DNA of 38,502 nt, from IMG/VR virus record IMGVR_UViG_3300045988_053169, positions 1 to 38,502 of that record; one strand, given 5' to 3'. The translations under genes and the position numbers were made by a program. The notes beneath the pieces are model-generated. The model was not told the origin of the DNA and did no database searches. It saw nothing but the letters and a program-made list of their open reading frames with translations. This document shows, one piece after another, positions 32,546 through 38,502 of this stretch (its first letter is position 1; every line of letters begins with the position of its first letter). This DNA comes from a virus.

Positions 32546-32929
32546 ATGAACATGCAGGAAATGATTTATAAGGAAGGCAGGATTCCACCGGTACGGCTGG
32601 CGGATGGAGTTTATCGCGGCGTACCGTTTTACGTTCTGAGCTTAGGCACGCACCCCTGCGCTTACGTTGACATTGCGCCGCTGGGATTACACGCGATCAA
32701 TGAGCGTGATATTGATTGCCATGGAGGTATTACATATCACCGCGACTATCTGGCAACGGTTGACCACAAAGGAAATTTCTTGGGGTGGGACTACGCACAC
32801 TGTATGGACTATTCCGGAGATCTCCAGTTTCTGGATCTCGGGTACAGTAAGAGGTGGACAACCAAGGAGATGGTAGCTGAATGCAAAAACGTGATCGACC
32901 AGATTGTGGGGAGGACTGACAATGGCTAA
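32546..32929 (+). CDS. Hypothetical protein
   Basis: AAGGAG RBS. 127 aa. Confidence 0.55.
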   Translation: MNMQEMIYKEGRIPPVRLADGVYRGVPFYVLSLGTHPCAYVDIAPLGLHAINERDIDCHGGITYHRDYLATVDHKGNFLGWDYAHCMDYSGDLQFLDLGYSKRWTTKEMVAECKNVIDQIVGRTDNG

Positions 32930-33488
32930 AGCGGCGGTACTTATCAGCATCCGCCCAAAGTGGTGCGAAAAGATCGCCAACGGCGAAAAGACCGTCGAGG
33001 TGCGAAAGACTCGCCCGAAACTGGAGACGCCGTTCATGTGCTATATCTACTGCACAAGCGGTAGGCCCGATCTGAACATTCCTATTTCGCCGGAACGTTT
33101 GATGCAAGACTACTTAGATACGGGGTCGATGAAATCACTGAACTGCCCGCTGGGAAATGGTAAGGTCATCGGCGAGTTTACCTGTGAGCGGATTTACAAG
33201 ATTGACAAGGATAGTACGGATTTTCTTTTTAAGGCTGGGGGGCTATCCGTTTACAAGCAAGCTGCCGAAGAAAAGTGCGGCCTGCGTGTGGCTATGACAG
33301 ACGATGAGTTGCACGGCTATCTTGGACATTGTCAGGGCTACGGCTGGCACATCTCCGACCTGCGCATCTACGACGCGCCACGCGAACTGAGCGAGTTTAC
33401 CGGTCTACGCGATACGAGGTTCGGTGCAGCCCCGTATGGCATCAAGCGCGCACCACAGAGCTGGTGCTATGTGGAGGAATTAAGATGA
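32922..33488 (+). CDS. ASCH (PUA-like) domain protein
   Basis: VLISIRPKWCEKIANGEKTVEVRK is a typical ASCH N-terminus. Confidence 0.65.
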   Translation: MAKAAVLISIRPKWCEKIANGEKTVEVRKTRPKLETPFMCYIYCTSGRPDLNIPISPERLMQDYLDTGSMKSLNCPLGNGKVIGEFTCERIYKIDKDSTDFLFKAGGLSVYKQAAEEKCGLRVAMTDDELHGYLGHCQGYGWHISDLRIYDAPRELSEFTGLRDTRFGAAPYGIKRAPQSWCYVEELR

Positions 33489-33676
33489 CTGACTACATCA
33501 CTTTTGCCCAACTGGCTGACGCTCTGCGCCGCTGCGGGAATGGCCCCACTGTCGCAGACTGCAAAGGCTGCGCCTTTTATCGCGGGCCGGACATGTCTTT
33601 GTGCATCCCAGAAATGACGGCGAGGGCGGCGCAGGTGATTGAGCTGTTTGCGGCGGAACCGCGGGAAGGAGGTTGA
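33485..33676 (+). CDS. Hypothetical protein, 63 aa
   Basis: GGAGGA RBS with ATGA coupling. Confidence 0.45.
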   Translation: MTDYITFAQLADALRRCGNGPTVADCKGCAFYRGPDMSLCIPEMTARAAQVIELFAAEPREGG

Positions 33677-33680
33677 TAAA

Positions 33681-34460
33681 ATGGCAGAAACGGGTGGTAA
33701 AAGGTACTACTGGCTCAAGCTGCAAGATGACTTCTTCAAAAGCAAGCGCATTAAAAAGCTGCGCAAAATCGCCGGAGGTGACACGTACACCATCATCTAT
33801 CTCAAAATGCAGCTTTTGGCAATGAAAAACAACGGCGTGTTGGAGTATACCGGGCTAGAGCAAACCTTTGCCGAAGAGCTAGCGCTCGATCTGGACGAAG
33901 AGCCTGAAAATGTCAGGGTAACGATAAAGTTCCTCTTGTCGTGTGGCCTCTTGGAGACCAACGATAACGTGGAATATTTTGTTCCGTATGCCGTTGAAAA
34001 CACCGGATGTGAGGGCGCGGCGGCAAAGCGAATGCGCGAAATGAGAGCAAGAAAAGCGTCACAATGTTACGCAGATGTTACGCCAGCGTTACAGGAGCGT
34101 TACGGAGAGAAAGAGATAGAGATAGAGACAGAGATAGATAATATATATACTCCGGTTGTGACACACCTGAATGAAAAAGCTGGCACAAAATACAGAGCGA
34201 GTGGCGCGAAAACGCAGAAAGTTATCCATGCAAGAGTAGCGGAAGGATTTACGTTGGATGACTTTATTGCGGTGATCGACAAAAAGACAGCTGAGTGGAT
34301 GGGCACCGAGTGGGAGAAGTTCTTGCGGCCGGAAACGCTGTTCGGGCCGAAGTTTGAAAGCTACCTGAACCAAAACACCACGAAGAAGGGAGAACCGCAA
34401 AATGACGGAATGGAAGGAGCTGGCGCTGCCAACGCGTATCAAGTCGGGACGTGGGTATGA
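33681..34460 (+). CDS. Phage replisome organiser (N-terminal domain plus conserved phage C-terminal domain)
   Basis: YYWLKLQDDFFKSKRIKKLRKIAGGDTYTIIYLKMQLLAMKN and a C-terminal DDFIAVIDKKTAEWMGTEWEKFLRPETLFGPKFESYLNQ. Confidence 0.8.
   Translation: MAETGGKRYYWLKLQDDFFKSKRIKKLRKIAGGDTYTIIYLKMQLLAMKNNGVLEYTGLEQTFAEELALDLDEEPENVRVTIKFLLSCGLLETNDNVEYFVPYAVENTGCEGAAAKRMREMRARKASQCYADVTPALQERYGEKEIEIETEIDNIYTPVVTHLNEKAGTKYRASGAKTQKVIHARVAEGFTLDDFIAVIDKKTAEWMGTEWEKFLRPETLFGPKFESYLNQNTTKKGEPQNDGMEGAGAANAYQVGTWV
34066..34150 (+). promoter_or_regulatory. Putative origin of replication inside the organiser gene linker
   Basis: Four GTTAC(G/A) iterons with an exact 11-bp period (34066, 34077, 34088, 34099), then a (GAGATA)n-like tract and ATAATATATATAC. 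Confidence 0.5.
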
Positions 34461-35271
34461 AGCCCTTACCCCTCAGCAATACGAAGAGCGCAAAGCTAGC
34501 GTTTATAATGCGTCTGCCGGGCATCTGGATGCGGTGGACGGTTACACCTGCGACATTTGCAAAAACCGGGGCTACACGGCCGCAGTAAAGTACAACGAGG
34601 CTTTTGGCTACTACTACGAGGCGCTTGTGCCGTGCAAGTGCCAGCGGGTGCGGGATGCGCTTCGGCGGCTGCAGGCGTCCGGGCTGAAAAACGTGGTTAA
34701 AGATTTTACATTTGACCGGTACGAGGCGGCCGCCGAATGGCAGCAGCGGCTGAAAGACAAGGCAGTGCAGTTTTGCAAGGACGATGCGCACACCTGGATT
34801 TTTATGGGCGGGCAGAGCGGCGCAGGCAAGACACACCTCTGCACGGCCGTAACAGTGCATTATATCCGCAAAGGCAAAGAGGCGAGATATATGCTGTGGC
34901 GGGACGAAATCGCCCAAATCAAGGCCATTGTGACGGACTCAGCGGCATACGCGGCACGGATGGACGCGCTGAAGAAAACTCCGGTGCTGTACATTGATGA
35001 CCTTTTCAAGGGCGGCCAGGGGGAAGGCGGTCAATTCCGCGCCCCCACAGAGGCCGACATCAAGGCGGCATTTGAGATCATCAACTACAGATACAACAAC
35101 CCAGATTTGATTACGATCATCTCGAGCGAGCGCACGATTGGCGAGTTGAGCCAGATCGACGAAGCTATCGCAGGACGGATTGCAGAGCGCGCAAAGGCTG
35201 CCGGGTACTGCCTGAGCATCAAGCGCGCCCAGGGCCGAAACTGGCGACTGAAAGACATTGAGGAGGTGTGA
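34402..35271 (+). CDS. DnaC/IstB-like AAA+ helicase loader
   Basis: Walker A GGQSGAGKTHL, Walker B VLYIDDL, N-terminal Cys cluster, AAGGGAG RBS. Confidence 0.85.
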   Translation: MTEWKELALPTRIKSGRGYEALTPQQYEERKASVYNASAGHLDAVDGYTCDICKNRGYTAAVKYNEAFGYYYEALVPCKCQRVRDALRRLQASGLKNVVKDFTFDRYEAAAEWQQRLKDKAVQFCKDDAHTWIFMGGQSGAGKTHLCTAVTVHYIRKGKEARYMLWRDEIAQIKAIVTDSAAYAARMDALKKTPVLYIDDLFKGGQGEGGQFRAPTEADIKAAFEIINYRYNNPDLITIISSERTIGELSQIDEAIAGRIAERAKAAGYCLSIKRAQGRNWRLKDIEEV

Positions 35272-35273
35272 GC

Positions 35274-35681
35274 ATGACGGCACGGGAGTACGTCAAACAG
35301 CTGGAGCGTATCGACATCCTGATAGCAAGCAAGGCAGCCGAAAAAGCCCGCTGGGAGGCCCTGGCGCTGGATACAGGCGCACGGCAGTCCGGCGACAGGG
35401 TGCAAGCAAGTGGGAACCAGCAAAAAATGGCTGGTGCGGTGGAAAGCGCGGTGGACATTGACGCCGAAATCGCCAGCTTGCAGGCACAGCGGCACAAGAT
35501 CACAAAAACACTCGAAAAGCTGCAAGTAGACGAGTTTTGGATGCTTAACGCCGTATACGGCAAGCATGTCTCCATTGGTCAGGCAGCGTGGGAGCGCGGC
35601 AAGTCTTACAGCTGGGCGCGGGCGCTGCACAACCGCGCGATGGAAAACCTCGAAAAACTGCTGAATGGCTATATAGTTTAA
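35274..35681 (+). CDS. DUF1492-type sigma-region-4-like protein, putative late-gene regulator
   Basis: REYVKQLERID...SGNQQKMAGAVE...KSYSWARALHNRAMENLEKLL matches the streptococcal-phage DUF1492 pattern (from memory). Last gene before the late region. Confidence 0.6.
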   Translation: MTAREYVKQLERIDILIASKAAEKARWEALALDTGARQSGDRVQASGNQQKMAGAVESAVDIDAEIASLQAQRHKITKTLEKLQVDEFWMLNAVYGKHVSIGQAAWERGKSYSWARALHNRAMENLEKLLNGYIV

Positions 35682-35724
35682 TTACATTTGTATACGAGAT
35701 GTTACGTACTGCGAAAAATAACGC

Positions 35725-35753
35725 TAGACAGCACAAAAACAGGGTGTTATAAT
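35725..35753 (+). promoter_or_regulatory. Candidate sigma-70 promoter
   Basis: TAGACA, a 17-nt spacer, then TATAAT preceded by TGT (extended -10). Confidence 0.45.
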
Positions 35754-35772
35754 AGAAGCAGTGAAGAAGGAA

Positions 35773-35806
35773 AGCGCCCGGCGGCATTGCTGCCCGGCGC
35801 TTTTTT
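35773..35806 (+). terminator. Intrinsic terminator
   Basis: agcgcccggcgg / ctgcccggcgct GC-rich stem with one mismatch, followed by T6. Confidence 0.7.
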
Positions 35807-36095
35807 AGTCGGGTGGCGTGTGATATGCCAGCGAGCAGGAAGCGATCTTTGTGCAGTTCGTTTGCGCCCTGCTTGTCAAATAGCGTCCTCCCTGCGGCGG
35901 TGTACTCGGTGCATCGCCTATGGCATACACACCGACACTTTGCCATAGCAGGCGGCATTGTAGCCTGCTTTCACGGGCTTTGTGAGGCTGGTACCCAAAT
36001 CAAAGCTAAAGGTTTTGTTCCCCGTGCCGTGTGGCGGGTAAGTTCACACGGGCGGCCCTACACGCAAAGTAGGAGGGGCGGAAACGCCCCAATAT

Positions 36096-36171
36096 GCCGT
36101 CATAGCTCAGTTGGCAGAGCGGCTGCCTTGTAAGCAGCAGGCCGAGGGTTCGAGACCTTCTGACGGCTCCA
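36096..36171 (+). tRNA. tRNA-Thr (anticodon UGU) with encoded CCA
   Basis: Folded by hand. Acceptor GCCGTCA/TGACGGC, D arm GCTC-AGTTGGCA-GAGC, anticodon arm GCTGC-CTTGTAA-GCAGC, T arm GAGGG-TTCGAGA-CCTTC. Confidence 0.9.
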
Positions 36172-36229
36172 AAGCCGATGACCCGGTAAAAAATCCAGCT
36201 TGGACGCAAGGTGGAGTTCCCGGCAGGCA

Positions 36230-36273
36230 CCCCCGCGCGCCTCTCTCTGATGCGTACCATGCGGGGCTTTTTT
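36230..36273 (+). terminator. Possible weak terminator between the two tRNAs
   Basis: ccccgc / gcgggg 6-bp stem with a 24-nt loop, then CTTTTTT. Confidence 0.35.
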
Positions 36274-36275
36274 AT

Positions 36276-36349
36276 TGGGCTGTAGCCAAACGGCAAGGCA
36301 CGGGACTTTGACTCCCGCATTGCAGGTTCGACCCCTGCCAGCCCAACCA
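36276..36349 (+). tRNA. tRNA-Gln (anticodon UUG) with encoded CCA
   Basis: Folded by hand. Acceptor TGGGCTG/CAGCCCA, 3-bp D stem GCC/GGC, anticodon arm CGGGA-CTTTGAC-TCCCG, T arm GCAGG-TTCGACC-CCTGC. Confidence 0.9.
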
Positions 36350-36423
36350 ATGGGTGAGCCGGGCACAGGATAAGCTCGGAGGGCGGGACGCGCTTTACGG
36401 CGCAAGGGGTTTACAGACAAAAA

Positions 36424-36451
36424 AGCCTACACAGATAGTGTGGGCTTTTTT
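36424..36451 (+). terminator. Intrinsic terminator directly upstream of the first late ORF
   Basis: agcctacac / gtgtgggct 9-bp stem with one G-T pair, 5-nt loop, T6. Confidence 0.65.
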
Positions 36452-36470
36452 ATTTAGTGGAGGGTGCGAA

Positions 36471-37058
36471 ATGAACATTGTACAGAAACGATTATCCGAA
36501 ATCACGCCATATGAAAAGAACGCGAAGAAGCACGACAAGACACAGATTGACAACGTTGCAGAAAGTATCCGCCAGTATGGGTTTGTGCAGCCAATCGTGA
36601 TTGATCGTGACGGCGTGATCGTCATCGGACATTGCCGCGCGCTGGCGGCGAAGAAGCTGGGCATGGAAAACGTGCCTTGCGTCTGCGTTGACGAGTTGAC
36701 AGAGGAGCAGGTCAAGGCGCTGCGGTTGGTCGATAACAAGAGCAACGAGAGCGATTGGGACTTTGACCTGCTGTCGGTGGAACTGCCGGGGCTTGACCTG
36801 TCGGATTTTGACTTTGACTGGGGGCTGCGGGACGAGCTAGACGATTCCGTTGTCGAGGATGATTACGAACCTGTTTTACCGGCAGAGCCTAAGAGCAAGT
36901 TGGGCGATGTGTACCAGATTGGAGACCATCGCCTTATGTGCGGAGACAGCACGTCTTTGACAGACGTACAGAAGCTCGTGGGGGGGGGCACAAATGGATT
37001 TGCTGCTCACAGACCCCCCGTACAATGTGGACTATCAGGGCACCGCCGGGAAGATTAA
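36471..37058 (+). CDS. ParB-like nuclease domain protein that runs into the start of a DNA methyltransferase domain and is then thrown out of frame at a G9 tract
   Basis: GGAGGG RBS. ITPYEKNAKKHDKTQIDNVAESIRQYGFVQPIVI is ParB/Srx-like. GDHRLMCGDSTSLTDVQKLVGG is the first strand of the MTase fold. After 36988 the translation is junk until the stop at 37058. Confidence 0.7.
   Translation: MNIVQKRLSEITPYEKNAKKHDKTQIDNVAESIRQYGFVQPIVIDRDGVIVIGHCRALAAKKLGMENVPCVCVDELTEEQVKALRLVDNKSNESDWDFDLLSVELPGLDLSDFDFDWGLRDELDDSVVEDDYEPVLPAEPKSKLGDVYQIGDHRLMCGDSTSLTDVQKLVGGGTNGFAAHRPPVQCGLSGHRRED
36980..36988 (+). repeat. Homopolymeric G9 tract
   Basis: Counted in the sequence: g36980..g36988. G8 would fuse 36471.. 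to 36994.. in frame (VGGAQMDLLLTDPPYN). Confidence 0.9.
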
Positions 37059-37665
37059 GAACGACAATATGGAGGATACGGCATTCAGGCGTTTCCTGAC
37101 AGATGCATTCTCCAATGCGGCAATGGTCATGAAGCCCGGTGCTCCGTTCTACATCTGGCATGCAGACAGCGAGGGGTATAACTTTCGCGGTGCGTGTAAA
37201 GACGCAATGCTGCGTGTACGGCAGTGCCTGATCTGGGTAAAGAACTCCCTTGTGATGGGGAGACAGGATTTCCAGTGGAAACATGAGCCCTGCCTGTACG
37301 GTGAGAGCGAAATTGAAGATGACGCGCACGAGCCTTGCCTTTATGGATGGACGGAAGGCAAGAAGCACTACTTCTTCAAGAACCGCAGACAGACAACTGT
37401 ACTGAATTTCGATAAGCCTGTCAAATCTGCAGAGCATCCGACTATGAAGCCGATTAAGCTGTTTGATTACCAGATGCAGTGCTCCAGTAAGCCGGGTGAG
37501 AATGTTCTCGACCTGTTTGCTGGCTCGGGCACAACAATTATGGCAGCGGAGCAGAATGGCAGACACGCCTTCTGCATGGAGTATGATCCCAAGTATGCCG
37601 ATGTAATTATTGATCGCTGGGAAAAGTTCACGGGCAAAAAGGCGGTGCTTCTGCATGACGATTGA
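36994..37665 (+). CDS. N6/N4 DNA methyltransferase (DPPY type), C-terminal portion of the split ParB-MTase
   Basis: DLLLTDPPYNV (motif IV) and VLDLFAGSGTT (motif I) give a beta-class order. Confidence 0.8.
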   Translation: MDLLLTDPPYNVDYQGTAGKIKNDNMEDTAFRRFLTDAFSNAAMVMKPGAPFYIWHADSEGYNFRGACKDAMLRVRQCLIWVKNSLVMGRQDFQWKHEPCLYGESEIEDDAHEPCLYGWTEGKKHYFFKNRRQTTVLNFDKPVKSAEHPTMKPIKLFDYQMQCSSKPGENVLDLFAGSGTTIMAAEQNGRHAFCMEYDPKYADVIIDRWEKFTGKKAVLLHDD

Positions 37666-37810
37666 AGAGGCAAAAGCGATTATCGCCAAGACAAACAGCC
37701 CGTACTTGAAGCGGGACATGGAAAAGTTTATCAAACGCCAAAAGAAAAAGGAGGGCGTTTATGGCAAGAACAGGACGCCCTCGGAAAGAAATCGATCAAA
37801 ATCTGTTTGA
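37655..37810 (+). CDS. Hypothetical protein, 51 aa
   Basis: ATGA coupling to the MTase stop. Weak RBS. Overlaps the terS start. Confidence 0.35.
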   Translation: MTIEEAKAIIAKTNSPYLKRDMEKFIKRQKKKEGVYGKNRTPSERNRSKSV

Positions 37811-38093
37811 GAATCTGTGTGGTATCCAATGCACAGAGGCGGAGATTTGTGTAGCGTTGGAGTGTAGCGAGGACACTATAAACCGCTGGTGTAAACGGAC
37901 ATATGGCGCAACTTTTGCGGACACATATAAAAGCAAAAGCCAGAGGGGGAAATCCAGCCTGCGGCGGATGCAGTTTAAGCTGGCCGCAAAGAACGCAAGC
38001 ATGGCAATTTGGCTCGGGAAACAGTATCTTGGGCAGAGAGACGAACCCGAACAAGTAGTTGAAAGCGGGGTGCAGATCATTGACGACTTATAA
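37761..38093 (+). CDS. terS: Terminase small subunit
   Basis: AAGGAGG RBS. N-terminal HTH (GRPRKEIDQNLFENLCGIQCTEAEI). RRMQFKLAAKNASMAIWLGKQYLGQ is typical of terS. Confidence 0.8.
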   Translation: MARTGRPRKEIDQNLFENLCGIQCTEAEICVALECSEDTINRWCKRTYGATFADTYKSKSQRGKSSLRRMQFKLAAKNASMAIWLGKQYLGQRDEPEQVVESGVQIIDDL

Positions 38094-38103
38094 ACTATCT
38101 GAT

Positions 38104-38502
38104 ATGGTTTCGCCCTGTTTTGCAGACGTGCACCGGCAAATCAAGGCCGGGAACGTTAAAGAGCTGCTTGCGAAGGGCGGGCGCGGAAGCACAAAGTCCA
38201 GCTTTGTGAGCATCGAGCTTATCCTGCAGCTGCTCAAGCATCCGCAATGCCATGCGGCGGTATTTCGCCGGGTTGCAAATACTTTACGCACAAGTGTATA
38301 CGCTCAGATTGTATGGGCGATTAACGAGCTGGGGCTGCACGATAGGTTCAGATGCACAGTGTCCCCGATGGAATGCACCTATTTGCCGACCGGGCAAAAG
38401 GTGCTTTTTTTTGGCATGGACGACCCAGGCAAGGTAAAGTCGATCAAAATGCCGTTTGGTTACATCGGCATTGCGTGGTTTGAGGAGCTTGACCAGTTTG
38501 AC
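38104..38502 (+). CDS. terL: Terminase large subunit, N-terminal part. It continues at base 100 via the duplicated end.
   Basis: My own translation from the ATG at 38104 gives MVSPCFADVHRQIKAGNVKELLAKGGRGSTKSSF..., with Walker A GGRGSTKS. An alternative TTG start at 38080 overlaps terS. Confidence 0.9.
   Translation, partial: MVSPCFADVHRQIKAGNVKELLAKGGRGSTKSSFVSIELILQLLKHPQCHAAVFRRVANTLRTSVYAQIVWAINELGLHDRFRCTVSPMECTYLPTGQKVLFFGMDDPGKVKSIKMPFGYIGIAWFEELDQFD
38404..38502. repeat. Terminal duplication, identical to 1..99
   Basis: 99/99 identical. Confidence 0.95.

Noticed and set aside
36006-36420. Minus-strand ORFs 36006..36350 and 36100..36420, and plus-strand ORFs 35813..36133 and 36111..36311.
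   Set aside because: They run across two well-folded tRNA genes and terminator hairpins, and have no RBS.

Overview
The window is a complete, circularly closed genome of about 38.4 kb from a temperate siphovirus. Bases 1..99 are identical to 38404..38502, so the unit length is 38,403 bp, and the large terminase gene runs across the junction.

Gene content points to a Bacillota/Clostridia-type host. It includes an SPP1-like head module, a GH25 endolysin, XhlA-like and holin proteins, a DUF1492-type late regulator, and a tyrosine integrase with an attP that carries a tRNA 3' end. GC is high, about 55-60% in the lines I counted.

Gene order:
- terL, portal, MuF, scaffold, capsid, neck, major tail protein, G/GT chaperones, tape measure, Dit, tail proteins and fibres.
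- Lysis cassette, then a moron island, then attP and int.
- Two XRE repressor-like genes, then a long switch region.
- cro-like gene and antirepressor, then early genes (PAPS-reductase-like, YqaJ exonuclease, RecT, SSB, RusA, C5-MTase-like, ASCH, replisome organiser, DnaC-like loader).
- Late regulator, an RNA-rich leader with tRNA-Thr and tRNA-Gln, a ParB-methyltransferase, then terS.

Most worth a second look:
1. A low-GC add-on domain on the MuF head protein plus an unlisted 52-codon SH3-like ORF, laid out like a polymorphic toxin with its immunity gene.
2. A promoter-to-terminator unit of about 300 nt on the minus strand in the immunity switch, with no credible ORF and two mutually complementary hairpin loops.
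3. A purine-skewed, degenerate-repeat non-coding block of about 450-500 bp, bounded by a 12-bp direct repeat, just upstream of an uncharacterised protein with a RAMP-like glycine loop.
4. A G9 tract that breaks a ParB-DNA methyltransferase fusion.
5. A late-gene leader with three intrinsic terminators, alternative pairings and two tRNAs.
6. A moron island where the coding strand flips within about 50 bp. It encodes a Cys-tailed micro-ORF and a protein I tentatively read as C1q/BclA-C-terminal-like.

All family names come from my own motif recognition. No database search was run.
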